NCBI GenBank assembly: GCA_038247415.1
Contig: JBBRUX010000002.1
Location: forward strand, 64,001-128,000
Direction of reading: 5' to 3'
Source: Chitinivibrionales bacterium
GTDB taxonomy: Bacteria > Fibrobacterota > Chitinivibrionia > Chitinivibrionales > WJKA01
DNA: 64,000 nt
Position numbers and translations under genes: made by a program. A model generated the notes under the pieces. It did no database searches. It was not told the origin of the DNA and saw nothing but the letters and a program-made list of their open reading frames with translations. Shown one piece after another: positions 48,963-59,094 of the stretch (positions are counted from its first letter, which is position 1; each line of letters begins with the position of its first letter).

Positions 48963-50141
48963 ATGGAAACATTTTCCCCACGACGCCCGGTTACTATAGC
49001 TTCTTCGTTATTTGGCTATAGAAGTTCTATGCTCCCGCTTTTTATTGCGGGATGCGTTTTAGGGATGCTTGGTGGGAAAATTCCCGAAGCAGAGTTTGCG
49101 CTTTTTTTTCCCATACCCGGTTTTTATTTGTATGTTGTTGCACGCGTTTTTCGTTTTGTTCGATACCCGCGCGAAGACACATGGGCATTTGTGCTCTTGC
49201 TCACGTATCCAAAGCGTAAACAACTGGCTGTCCACTTTTTAAATGGCATGAGTAAAGATTGTATCCTCTTAACCATAACAGCCCTTGTTTTGTTTGCTAG
49301 CGCGCGCTTTTCATCGGGAGTACAAGCACCCAGTGTGAGCTCGGCGCTTTCAACAATGCTCTTTATTGCATTGCAAATTCCAATCTTTCATTTTGTTTTG
49401 CGTGGTGGCATTGCGGTTGGATTTTTTGGGCCAGTTCGCCACGATTCTCGACCGTTTTTTGTTTTTACTGTAGGATCAGCATCGTTTTGGGAAAAAGTTG
49501 CTTCTGCAAGAATTGCTGTTGCCACAGCGCTTGGGTCGTGGACATCTAATCCGGTCCGTTTTCATCTCACAAGAATACTACTGTATATTATACGACAAGA
49601 TCTCTTTGGGTTTTTGCTGTCGTATGTATTTGCACTAACCCTATCAGTTCTTTTTAGTATACTTCTGGGAAAAAATAATGGTGCTGCAATAGGATTATGC
49701 TTTTGCGCAGGAATCTTATTTGTATGTACCCGATTAACAGAATTACTACGCACGGCGCACACGACACTCTTGACATGTGAGTACTATCGCGCTACGGGAG
49801 AAGGGTTAAACAAGGCATACAGTATACTGGCGAGCATCTTAATAGTTCCCTTGTGTGTTCTGTATCCTCTTGTATATCTTTGGCTCACACATGGTTCTGT
49901 ATGGTATGCACTGGTTACTATCATAACCTTTTTTGTTGCAGCTGCAACGTGTTTACTGTATACTGTGTCGTCGTGGAAACTTTTGGCGTCCGATGGCATA
50001 ACCGTTGGCAATTTTGGAACACTAATCTTGTGCCTCTTAATAGGACTCTCCATCCCCTGGTATGGTGGAGCATTTATCCTCTTTTCAGCAGTGGCGATAC
50101 GCTTTACAATGCAACGTTCATTAAGACTTCCAAAAAAATAA
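48963..50141 (+). CDS. Multi-pass membrane protein, probable ABC exporter permease
   Basis: About 10 hydrophobic segments; directly follows the ABC ATPase. Confidence 0.7.
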   Translation: METFSPRRPVTIASSLFGYRSSMLPLFIAGCVLGMLGGKIPEAEFALFFPIPGFYLYVVARVFRFVRYPREDTWAFVLLLTYPKRKQLAVHFLNGMSKDCILLTITALVLFASARFSSGVQAPSVSSALSTMLFIALQIPIFHFVLRGGIAVGFFGPVRHDSRPFFVFTVGSASFWEKVASARIAVATALGSWTSNPVRFHLTRILLYIIRQDLFGFLLSYVFALTLSVLFSILLGKNNGAAIGLCFCAGILFVCTRLTELLRTAHTTLLTCEYYRATGEGLNKAYSILASILIVPLCVLYPLVYLWLTHGSVWYALVTIITFFVAAATCLLYTVSSWKLLASDGITVGNFGTLILCLLIGLSIPWYGGAFILFSAVAIRFTMQRSLRLPKK

Positions 50142-51656
50142 ATGCGGTTTTCTTGAAACGTGTGCCAGAAATCGAGAGGGCTTAGTTTTTTGCAGTTTGT
50201 CAAAAAACAATCTCTTTTTACAGGTGATACAAAAAAGATGCGTTTGGGCTCGAGTTACGCCAACATAAAAGAGGCGTTTTTCTTCAGCCAGATTTTCGGG
50301 AGATATGGGTGCTGGGGTGTGAGTAAAAAGAGCTTTTAAAAAATCTTGTATCGAATGAATAGCCCGCTTTTTGGGTAGTCTATAATAGGGTAACCCACCT
50401 TCATCACAATCGCATAAGAATACAACCGGCCACTCAAGCCCTTTGGCTGCATGAATAGTAATGCATTGTGGCACTGCATGCATTTCGCCTTTTTCAACAA
50501 GCGTGGTAAATCTTTTTTTAAGGTACTCGGCAGCGAAGTTAGTTCGTACCAAGAAAACAATATCAATAAGAGGAATATTGCTTTTTAAAAGTGCTGCCAG
50601 GCGCACAGAAAAACCAGCAAACATTGTGGCTGGATCTTGATACGTAAGAATTTGCGGACGGCGTTGCAGTGTTGAAATACGAAAATGTTTTTTGCTTTTT
50701 GCTGCTATAAGTATTTTGCGAAAGCGTAACTCTTTGGTGGAAAAAATCTTATTAGCAACGGTTAAAATGGGAGCGACAGAACGATAATTTATTTCGAGTT
50801 TAATAATTTTTGTGGATCCAAAGGTATCTTCAAATTGATTGATAATCGAAGGATCTGCACCTAAAAATCCATAAATAGCCTGATCATCATCGCCAACAGC
50901 AAAAAGCGGTGCAACAGGGTTGCGAAGAAGTTTTAGGAGGTCTATTTGTAAAGGATTAGTATCTTGAAATTCATCAACCAGTATCGATTTAAAATATGTT
51001 TGATAATAGTTTTTAATACTAGGATTGCTTACAAGCACGGTACGTGCATTTTGAATCATGTCTGAAAAATCCCATTGTCCCATGTGTTTTTTATAGCGCA
51101 GAGTTCTGTCTATAAGCGTATCTAAAAGAGTCGAGTTCTCTTTCGAAAGAAGAGTAGTATGGTTTGGGTTAACCGATTGTTTTTGAATAAGAGCATCTAA
51201 TCCCAAAAGATCTGTTTTAAAAATTTCTCTTTCGGCAGGGCTCGATATGCAAGAAATCATGCTCAGTCGTTCTTTGGCGGTTATAAGTGTTGGTGTTTTT
51301 AAATAGCCTAAAATCTTGTAGGGTGTTTGACCCGACACCGGGGTGGAAATAATTCTGAAACAGAGGGCATGAAAAGTGAGTATAGAAGGGGCTTTATAAT
51401 CGATAGTGTCTTTAAGCAAGGCCTCAACTCGAGTTTTCATTTCGAGTGCAGCTTTTTTTGTAAATGTTAGAGCAAGAATGTGTTCCGGTTTACAAAAAGT
51501 TGCAGCGCAAAAGGCAATTCTTTTTGATAATACAGTTGTTTTTCCGCACCCTGCACCAGCAAGGACAAGAATGCTGTTTTCAAACGGTGCAAACACAGCT
51601 TCGTGCTGGCAAGGGTTGAGGCCATCGGAAAGGCAAACGTGTAAAGATTCGAGCAT
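50121..51656 (-). CDS. UvrD/Rep/PcrA-family SF1A helicase (short form)
   Basis: AGAGCGKT, TFTKKAA, VDEFQD, VGDDDQAIYGF, NYRS, TIHAAKGLE and YVGVTRA. Confidence 0.9.
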   Translation of the reverse strand: MLESLHVCLSDGLNPCQHEAVFAPFENSILVLAGAGCGKTTVLSKRIAFCAATFCKPEHILALTFTKKAALEMKTRVEALLKDTIDYKAPSILTFHALCFRIISTPVSGQTPYKILGYLKTPTLITAKERLSMISCISSPAEREIFKTDLLGLDALIQKQSVNPNHTTLLSKENSTLLDTLIDRTLRYKKHMGQWDFSDMIQNARTVLVSNPSIKNYYQTYFKSILVDEFQDTNPLQIDLLKLLRNPVAPLFAVGDDDQAIYGFLGADPSIINQFEDTFGSTKIIKLEINYRSVAPILTVANKIFSTKELRFRKILIAAKSKKHFRISTLQRRPQILTYQDPATMFAGFSVRLAALLKSNIPLIDIVFLVRTNFAAEYLKKRFTTLVEKGEMHAVPQCITIHAAKGLEWPVVFLCDCDEGGLPYYRLPKKRAIHSIQDFLKALFTHTPAPISPENLAEEKRLFYVGVTRAQTHLFCITCKKRLFFDKLQKTKPSRFLAHVSRKPHLFFWKS

Positions 51657-51693
51657 GCAAAGAAAATAACTTGTGTGTCATCAATCAAGGAAT

Positions 51694-51729
51694 AAAAAAA
51701 GGCCTGTTCCGGAGAACAAGGCCTTTTTT
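51694..51729. terminator. Intrinsic terminator, potentially bidirectional, downstream of the DGC gene
   Basis: A7-GGCCTGTTC-CGGA-GAACAAGGCC-T6. Confidence 0.8.
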
Positions 51730-51757
51730 GATGTTGCAAAAAGCAAACCTTAGCCCA

Positions 51758-53521
51758 TTAAACCATCGTAACTTTATTTCGGCCTGTATCCTTAGAACGA
51801 TACATTGCCTTATCTGCTTTTTGAATGAGTTGGTCCGACATGGTTGCGTGCTCTTTATACATTGCAATGCCAAAGCTCATGGTAACATGAATTTCTTCGC
51901 CGTGCGGAGTGCGGTACGATTTTGCCGCAATATTAGAACGAATACGCTCGGTTGTTTCGAGGGCATGGGTTTTATCGGTCTTTACTAACACGAGCGAAAA
52001 TTCTTCTCCACCATATCGGCATGCCAAATCAACGCCGTCCCGAATACTTTCTGCGAGCGTTTTGGCAATACCTGCTAATACGATATCCCCAAATTGATGT
52101 CCATAATTGTCGTTAAGCTTTTTAAAGAAGTCGATATCGCATAACACAAGCGCAAAGGGGTCATCGTAGCGACTCGCACGGGTCATTTCATCTGTCAAGA
52201 GCTTTTGAAATTGACGGTGATTATAAAGGCCCGTTAGGCCATCGTGTGTTGCAAGGTTTCTGGCAGTCTCAAGAACCTGAATTTTTTCGATTGCAAGGCT
52301 GGCCGAGGTAACAAGCCTCAGAAGCAGCTCCCGATTATTATCGGAAAAGGCATTAGGAGAAAAGGATTCCAGCAAAATCCCACCCTTGCATTTGTCAACA
52401 CCTACAGGAACCGCTAAAAAGGACTTGAATTCCCCTTCATGTTTTTCGGTAGCGCTGTACCGAACTTCATAATGATCATTTGAAAAATCGCGATAATAGC
52501 ATATGTTTTTAGAATATAAAAGCCCCATGAGCGTCTTATCGTTTACATTAAAGTGTAATTGACTAAATGCGTCGGTATGGAATCCGTATACCCGTTTGAT
52601 ACTGGCGGTTGTGCTTTCTTCGGTTTTAAGACTTATCGTAAGCCGATCGCAGGCAAGTGCAAAAGGAATAATTTCAATCATTTTATCGAGCACCGATTCA
52701 ACGTCATGTTTTTGAAAAAAGTATTTCTCAGTAGTGCTCATGGCGCTTAAGCGTTGGTATTTAAGTTTGTATTCGTTATTTAAATACGTATGATACACAG
52801 CATTCCCAAGTACCGCGGCAAGAGCCGTTAAATAATCATGATCTGCATCGGTAAAGTGAGTTGGCTCGGTAGAATCTACAACAATCACGCCTCGTTCTAC
52901 TCCTGCCACAAGAATTGGGGTGGCCATAAGAGATCTGATTTTTGCATCTTTAGAGTAATAATAGAGGGTCATGGAATCTGAAATTATATCGCGTAAATTG
53001 AGTTGTTTCAAGCCATCCTTAAGAAAGCTTCCAATAATGCCAACACCCGGATAAATTATTGCATCGCGATTTAAAAATTCCGATTGAGAAAAGGCTTTAC
53101 GTATACGATATCCACCATCGCTTGTGGGAAAAAACACCGCCGCAGAATGAACGGTCATATGGATGCGAATTAAAGAAATACAGTTCTCTATAAGGTCGTC
53201 TATTATTAATTCTATTTCTTGACGTTGTGTTTTAGAGTAACCCGTTCCTAGAACTGCATATTCCAGAGATGTAGTGGTATCGGAGGTTTGTTGTTCGATG
53301 CTTGTTATCAGGGGGTTTTGCGTGCTTGTGAGAGAATGCGTTGGCTTTTCGTGCCGTTGACGAATTCGGCTGGTTATAAAGCATGCGAGGGCCGCAAAAA
53401 GAGATACCGGAAAGATAATCGGTTTAATGGCGTCATAGCCGAAATGTAATGCAATCCCACAGATAAGAATTGCGCTGCCAACAAGATTTAACCGGTTTTT
53501 AAATCGGTTCTGCTGTTTCAT
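51758..53521 (-). CDS. Membrane-anchored GAF-GAF-GGDEF diguanylate cyclase
   Basis: Two N-terminal TMs, two GAF-like domains, DGLTGLYN, DIDFFK..ND.YGH..GD and RYGGEEF. Confidence 0.93.
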   Translation of the reverse strand: MKQQNRFKNRLNLVGSAILICGIALHFGYDAIKPIIFPVSLFAALACFITSRIRQRHEKPTHSLTSTQNPLITSIEQQTSDTTTSLEYAVLGTGYSKTQRQEIELIIDDLIENCISLIRIHMTVHSAAVFFPTSDGGYRIRKAFSQSEFLNRDAIIYPGVGIIGSFLKDGLKQLNLRDIISDSMTLYYYSKDAKIRSLMATPILVAGVERGVIVVDSTEPTHFTDADHDYLTALAAVLGNAVYHTYLNNEYKLKYQRLSAMSTTEKYFFQKHDVESVLDKMIEIIPFALACDRLTISLKTEESTTASIKRVYGFHTDAFSQLHFNVNDKTLMGLLYSKNICYYRDFSNDHYEVRYSATEKHEGEFKSFLAVPVGVDKCKGGILLESFSPNAFSDNNRELLLRLVTSASLAIEKIQVLETARNLATHDGLTGLYNHRQFQKLLTDEMTRASRYDDPFALVLCDIDFFKKLNDNYGHQFGDIVLAGIAKTLAESIRDGVDLACRYGGEEFSLVLVKTDKTHALETTERIRSNIAAKSYRTPHGEEIHVTMSFGIAMYKEHATMSDQLIQKADKAMYRSKDTGRNKVTMV

Positions 53522-53895
53522 GGAGTTGATCCAAGAATAGTGCTCGCAACGCGTAAAATATCTTCTCGTACAAAAGGTTTTCCAATTACATCTGCAAAAC
53601 CTAAATTGAGCAAACTTTTAACTGGATTAGATTCTACAAAAGAAGTAATGGCTACCACCGGGATGGTTGCAGTAAGTGCATTTTTGCGAAGATTATTAAT
53701 AAAATTAATACCATTCATAACAGGCATCATGATGTCGGTCATGATAAGATCGGGTACCGTTTCTTGTGCGCGGCTTATGCCATCAAACCCATTGAGCGCT
53801 GTTACAATAGTATAGGTGCCACTTAAGATTATTTCCAAAAAATCAAGCGTGTCGTGGTCATCGTCTATCAACAAAATAACTTTTTCGTATTTCAT
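53518..53895 (-). CDS. Single-domain response regulator (CheY-like)
   Basis: IDDD, DIMMPVMNG, T and KP motifs. Confidence 0.93.
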   Translation of the reverse strand: MKYEKVILLIDDDHDTLDFLEIILSGTYTIVTALNGFDGISRAQETVPDLIMTDIMMPVMNGINFINNLRKNALTATIPVVAITSFVESNPVKSLLNLGFADVIGKPFVREDILRVASTILGSTP

Positions 53896-56459
53896 TTATC
53901 AGCCTTTCCGTAAAGGAATAATCCAATGCTTAAGAATAAAATATTCCCAAGCCATGCTGCAAAAAGCGGGGAAAGCCGACCATCTTTACCAAACGTAATA
54001 GCCGTTTGTGAGAGAATCCAGTAAGCGAAACAGATAAGAATACCCGAACCTAAAAGTACCGCAGACCCGCTTCTTCCGGTGCGGGCTGAAATTGCAATGC
54101 CTAAGAGAATCACAATAAAATTCATGAAAGGATACGCAACTTTATAATGTAAATCGGCAAGAAACGACGTTACCTTTTCTCCCCGGCGCGCAGAATTTTC
54201 TATGTGCGTTTCGAGTTCTTGATAGCTCATTTCTTCTATTTTTTTAGATCGGGTTACCATAGTACTCGGAGAAACCTTAAGAATTGTGTCAACGAGCGTG
54301 GAGAATCGAGACACTACCGTGGAGTCCCCATAAAAGGATCGTTTAGTAACATTGTGGAGAATCCAGGATTTGTTTTCGTAGGTGGCCTCGGCTGCGGTAA
54401 TGCGTTCTATGATTGCCCCCTCCATAAACCGCTCTCGCCACAAATTGGTTGCGAGCGTGGGCGATGTGCGAAAGTCTTCGAAACGGTAGAGCGTGTGTGT
54501 ATTGGCAAAATAATAAAGGCCCCGGTAATAGTCGCGCGGAGGGCGGTAGGTGCCCGATGCAGAAGCGCGTTTTTCGCGCATATGATCGGTGAGCTCACTG
54601 CGCAGCTGATTGGCAACCGGCAGCACTCGTTCTCCAAAGTAAAACATCCCCAAAGAAAAGAGCGCACCAAAAATCAAAAGCGGTAGTGTAACCCGGCGTA
54701 GCGATCGTCCCGCAGCTTTCATGGCGATAAGCTCGCTTTTTGCAGCAAGTTTCCCTAGTGTAAACATGGTGCTTAAAAGAAGCACAATGGGTGTTACCAT
54801 CTGGATTATCCAGGGTAAATAATACCAATAAAAAAGAGCGCTGTCGGCTATCGATGCATCGCTAAATCGGCCTGCATTAGAAACGTAATCGATAACTACA
54901 AAAACAACAAGGAGCGAAGAGAGTACCCCTAAAAAGTATCCTAAAAAAATGCGCATCACATACGCTTGCAAGGTGCCACTTGCTTTTTTGGCAATCCAAA
55001 AGGGGATCGACAATATCGAGGGCGCGCCAACTGCCGTACCTTCTTTGGGAACACGTTTAGAAAACCGTGCTTTTAGAGATGATGCTAATTTTCCCAGAGC
55101 ATCGAGGGGAGAGAAGGGTGATTCGCGAACCATACGAAAAATAAGGAAAATTCCGCAAAGTCCAATAATAATGTTTGCCGACCACATTGCCCAAAAGGGA
55201 GCAATAATAAGACGATCTGCTAAAAATTCCCCCTCAATAAGGCACGCCCAATACACAATAAAAAAGAAAATACTATAGCTCGCGCCTATACCAATACCAC
55301 CTCGTTTGGCCATAATTCCTAAGGGAGCACCCACTAAAATAAACACAATGCACGCTACGGGCATTGCATACTTTTTGTAAATCTCTACGGTATACTGTGC
55401 AATCGACATCTCCTGATCCCGAACGCGCTGCATAATATGCTGTGTAAAGGAAATGGTATTGGAGATGGCAGATTGAGCGGCGCCTCTAGAGGGGGCTTTA
55501 TCGCGTAGCATTGCGAATGTTGTGCATGCAGTAAAGAGAGAATCCCGAGAAGTTTTAGAGAGTGGGGTATCGGGATAGGTTGCATACGCATGAATTGTCG
55601 CCCACAAAGTATCCAGGGTAGTATTATAATCGGTCAGATAGGAATTTTTTGTTGCTGTAAACGAGGCAACCGCTTTGTTCATCATGGCAACCCCTTGCTC
55701 CCGATCTCCTCTATAGCTCGATGACGTTCTTTTAAGCTCTGAGTCTACATTGGGGATAAGCACTTTTTGTTCTTCGAAACGGGCAACAAAATATTGCTTG
55801 GGCGTTTGCCGGGGTATGCTGTGGGTTTCCCCGTGATAAAGGGTAAGCTCGATATAATCGCCCGAAGGAGTTTGGCGAACGAGCCCAGAATCGGCAATGG
55901 TCGATAAAAAATCTTCGCCCGGGACATCGGAAAAAATCTTGACAGATTTAATTTTTCCTTCACGCGCATTTACTTCGCTTACGTGCATGGTGTAATGCTC
56001 GAAGTCGCGAATAAGCACATTGGGTTCGATAAGTGCAGCAGGTCGCTTGCGTGCAATATCGGACATTAGGTTGGCAACGCGATGATTTGCATCGGGTAAA
56101 ATAAGGTCGTTAAAATAAATATTGATTACGCAAACCACTACCGAAGCAGCAATCACAGGGGTCAAAAGGGAGTACATGTTGACGCCAGCAGCCTTGATCG
56201 CAACAATTTCATTGTCTGCCGACATAGAGCCAAAAGCCATGAGAGTAGCACATAAAATCGCCCCAGGAATGGCCAGGGCAATAATCCAACCAAGATTGAT
56301 AAGAAAAATTTCCAGCACAATCCCAACATCAAGTCCCCGAGAGAGGATTTGATCCAGAATTTGAATTGCATACTGGGTTACAAATAAAAAAACCAGAATG
56401 CCAAGCGAATAGAGTAACGGCGCAAGGTGCCGGCGGATAATATACCTGTAGAGGATCAT
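53892..56459 (-). CDS. Fused LptF-LptG LPS export permease
   Basis: Two tandem YjgP/YjgQ units (EIVAIKAAG and ELIAMKAAG); likely start 56459. Confidence 0.9.
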   Translation of the reverse strand: MILYRYIIRRHLAPLLYSLGILVFLFVTQYAIQILDQILSRGLDVGIVLEIFLINLGWIIALAIPGAILCATLMAFGSMSADNEIVAIKAAGVNMYSLLTPVIAASVVVCVINIYFNDLILPDANHRVANLMSDIARKRPAALIEPNVLIRDFEHYTMHVSEVNAREGKIKSVKIFSDVPGEDFLSTIADSGLVRQTPSGDYIELTLYHGETHSIPRQTPKQYFVARFEEQKVLIPNVDSELKRTSSSYRGDREQGVAMMNKAVASFTATKNSYLTDYNTTLDTLWATIHAYATYPDTPLSKTSRDSLFTACTTFAMLRDKAPSRGAAQSAISNTISFTQHIMQRVRDQEMSIAQYTVEIYKKYAMPVACIVFILVGAPLGIMAKRGGIGIGASYSIFFFIVYWACLIEGEFLADRLIIAPFWAMWSANIIIGLCGIFLIFRMVRESPFSPLDALGKLASSLKARFSKRVPKEGTAVGAPSILSIPFWIAKKASGTLQAYVMRIFLGYFLGVLSSLLVVFVVIDYVSNAGRFSDASIADSALFYWYYLPWIIQMVTPIVLLLSTMFTLGKLAAKSELIAMKAAGRSLRRVTLPLLIFGALFSLGMFYFGERVLPVANQLRSELTDHMREKRASASGTYRPPRDYYRGLYYFANTHTLYRFEDFRTSPTLATNLWRERFMEGAIIERITAAEATYENKSWILHNVTKRSFYGDSTVVSRFSTLVDTILKVSPSTMVTRSKKIEEMSYQELETHIENSARRGEKVTSFLADLHYKVAYPFMNFIVILLGIAISARTGRSGSAVLLGSGILICFAYWILSQTAITFGKDGRLSPLFAAWLGNILFLSIGLFLYGKADK

Positions 56460-56492
56460 AGCGTTGCTATAATATAGATAAAGAAAATAGCG

Positions 56493-56511
56493 GGCGGGGC
56501 GTAAACCCGCC
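56493..56511 (-). terminator. Possible terminator hairpin after guaB
   Basis: GGCGGG/CCCGCC stem; T-rich tract a few nt downstream on the minus strand. Confidence 0.4.
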
Positions 56512-56545
56512 ACAGGAGATTTTTTAAAGAGAAAAGAAGAACGTA

Positions 56546-58051
56546 TTAAACATCGTAGCTGACTTCTTTATCGATTCTAACAACGTTGGATGTTCCGCCT
56601 TCTATAAAGGTTTGCTCGGAAATACGTGTTAAAATTGCATTGTCTTTAAACTCTCCCAGTGATAGAGCACCGCAATTACACATCGTCGATTTAAGTTTTG
56701 CCAAGGATACTTCAAGAACGTCTTTTACCGATCCAGCAATGGGCACATACCCATCAATTCCTTCTTCGAATTTAAGGCCTTTATCATCGCCTTGATTATA
56801 GCGCTCCCAATTGCGAGCACGATTAGAGCCTTCTCCCCAATAGGGTTTGTACATTCGGCTATTGATAGAAACCCGCGGAGTAGGGCTTTCATTTGTCATA
56901 GCGAAATAGCGACCCATCATTACAAAATCGGTACCCATGGCTAATGCGAGTATGATCTGAGTATCATTGGCCAAACCACCATCAGAACAGAGCGGTATAT
57001 AGGTCCCCGTCTCGTGAAAATACCGATCCCGCTCGGCAACAACTTCCAAAAGCGCCGACGCTTGACCGCGTCCAATTCCTTTTTGCTCTCGGGTAATGCA
57101 AATAGATCCGCCGCCAATACCAACCTTTACAAAGTCGAGCTGCGCTTCGGTAACAAGATACCGAAAGGCTTCGGCACTCACCACGTTGCCACCACCAATA
57201 ATAACAGAATCGCCATATTTTTCTCGGGCCCACAGTGCTGCGTCACGTTGATATTCGGAATATCCATCGGACGAATCAAATGCCATAATGTCAACACCTG
57301 CATCAACCAGAGCAGGAATACGGTCTTTATAATCGTGGGTATTAATGCCTGCAGCAACGGCTAATCTTTTTTTAGTGTCGAGTAATTCGAGCGGATTATT
57401 GCGATGATCAACGTAATCTTTTTTAAAGACCAAGGCATTGAGTCTGCCCATGGCATCTAATATAGGAAGGCATTCTTTCTTGCTTTTTCGCAAAAGTAAA
57501 TTAGCTTCGTGTAAAGTGATGCCAGCGTTTCCGTGTATCACCTGTTCTAGTGGTGTCATAAAACGGCTCACCGGTTCAGAGAGAGCATCTTCGTATTCCC
57601 AAAAGTCTTTATCGGTAATAATGCCTAAAAATTTTCCTGTTTTAGAGCCATCTTCGGTAACCGGCATGGTAGAGTGTTTTGTTTTTTGCGACAGGGTAAT
57701 TGCGTAACCCAAGGTATCGGTTGGCTTTAAATTAGAATCACTTTCAACAAACCCGGCCTTATGGGACTTGACTTTTGCAACCATGGCGGCTTGTGAATCG
57801 ATGGATTGGGAGCAATATAAAAAAGCAACGCCACCGGTACGCGCCAAAGAAATCGCCATATCAACGCCACTCACCGATTGCATAGAGGCTGCAACAAAAG
57901 GAATATTAAGAGAAAATCGGGGAGAACCTGCAAAACGGCCTATCGGCGTTGTAAGAGAAACAGCAGAAGGGATATGGGGCGTCTTGGTGAGTCTGGGCAG
58001 CAACAAGTATTCCGAAAAAGTTCGGGAAACATCATTAATAATATGTGCCAT
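56546..58051 (-). CDS. guaB: IMP dehydrogenase with CBS domains
   Basis: KVGIGGGSICITRE, SDGG, MMGRYFA and YWGEGS; GGAGG SD before ATG 58051. Confidence 0.95.
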   Translation of the reverse strand: MAHIINDVSRTFSEYLLLPRLTKTPHIPSAVSLTTPIGRFAGSPRFSLNIPFVAASMQSVSGVDMAISLARTGGVAFLYCSQSIDSQAAMVAKVKSHKAGFVESDSNLKPTDTLGYAITLSQKTKHSTMPVTEDGSKTGKFLGIITDKDFWEYEDALSEPVSRFMTPLEQVIHGNAGITLHEANLLLRKSKKECLPILDAMGRLNALVFKKDYVDHRNNPLELLDTKKRLAVAAGINTHDYKDRIPALVDAGVDIMAFDSSDGYSEYQRDAALWAREKYGDSVIIGGGNVVSAEAFRYLVTEAQLDFVKVGIGGGSICITREQKGIGRGQASALLEVVAERDRYFHETGTYIPLCSDGGLANDTQIILALAMGTDFVMMGRYFAMTNESPTPRVSINSRMYKPYWGEGSNRARNWERYNQGDDKGLKFEEGIDGYVPIAGSVKDVLEVSLAKLKSTMCNCGALSLGEFKDNAILTRISEQTFIEGGTSNVVRIDKEVSYDV

Positions 58052-58241
58052 ACACCCTCCCCAAAAAAAGGAAAACAATCTAAAAGAGCAACGTAAAAAA
58101 CCGTGTGGCTAAAAATACACTCCGACCATAAAAAAAAGAAGAGCTAAAAGCTATCCGCCTAAAAATCACATTTTTCAATCGCCCAAGGGGATCAAATAAT
58201 GTATACTAAAAATCGGCACTTAAACTCCGTTCTGTGACCGC

Positions 58242-58360
58242 ATTTCAAACAAGCAGCACTTCGAGAGCCTCAGTGACCGCTTGTTTGAAATAAGAATCCC
58301 GAAACCGGCCCCTGAAACCGGTCCCTGACCTTGTCGATGTGCCGGGTTCGGGGCCGGTTT
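58242..58360. repeat. Two inverted copies of a 22-nt REP-like core, each enclosed in its own long stem
   Basis: 13-bp stem 58242-58291 around CACTTCGAGAGCCTCAGTGACC; 11-bp stem 58301-58360 around GGTCCCTGACCTTGTCGATGTG. Confidence 0.7.
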
Positions 58361-58415
58361 CAGACTCATAAAGTCCCTAAATCGTTCATTTTTAATCAAT
58401 TGCCTGGGAAACCAC

Positions 58416-58769
58416 ATGAATGAAGCAGATCGAAGAAAACATGCCCGAATTTTCCTTACGGTAGCTGTTACCCTCCAAGTAGATGGTAAGGTTATTCGTG
58501 GAACCGAAAGTCGCAATATTAGTATTAGCGGGATGTTTGTGGCAACCGAGGTGTATGTCGAAAAAGGATCTAAAGGTACTATCTCCCTTTCAAAAAAATG
58601 CGGGAATGATATCATTAGTTTCACTGCAACATTTGAGGTTGTTCGATCGGGATATCTTAAGGAATCTGGTGGAGGATACGGCGTTGGTCTCAATTTTTTG
58701 GAAATAGATCCGGCCTACATTCAAAATCTTCAAAAAATTGTCGCGTTTCAAAGCTCTTTAGCAGCATAG
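58416..58769 (+). CDS. Stand-alone PilZ domain protein (c-di-GMP receptor)
   Basis: RRKHAR (RxxxR) and NISISGM (D/NxSxxG). Confidence 0.9.
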   Translation: MNEADRRKHARIFLTVAVTLQVDGKVIRGTESRNISISGMFVATEVYVEKGSKGTISLSKKCGNDIISFTATFEVVRSGYLKESGGGYGVGLNFLEIDPAYIQNLQKIVAFQSSLAA

Positions 58770-59094
58770 GCCTTCTATCCAACTTTTTACATAGTGGTTT
58801 TGCCCAAAAACCCAAACTGATTCCATTCTTAAACGAGGGTTGCAAGAGTTTCATATTTGGGCATATATATATTGTTGTAACTCCCCAATTTTTGTTTGAA
58901 TTCAATGGGTTATTTGTTTAATTTAACTTTACGGTTATTTATTGCAGAGCATTCACATCAATGCAATGTGCCGATGTCCCACAATATATGTTTCCCGACC
59001 AATCGACAGTATCGTAGTACCGCCGACGGGAGCAAGGTGTATCTAAACTGCAAACTTGAACCGCAATTACAACTCGTTTACATGTGGAGCATTC

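Noticed and set aside
58997..59007. GACCAATCGAC shared with the leader at 18033-18043 (minus strand) as a possible antiterminator loading site
   Set aside because: A single 11-mer match is expected by chance at this sequence length
59017..59026. ops-like GGCGGTAC in the polysaccharide leader
   Set aside because: Lies on the wrong strand relative to wbpB and is imperfect
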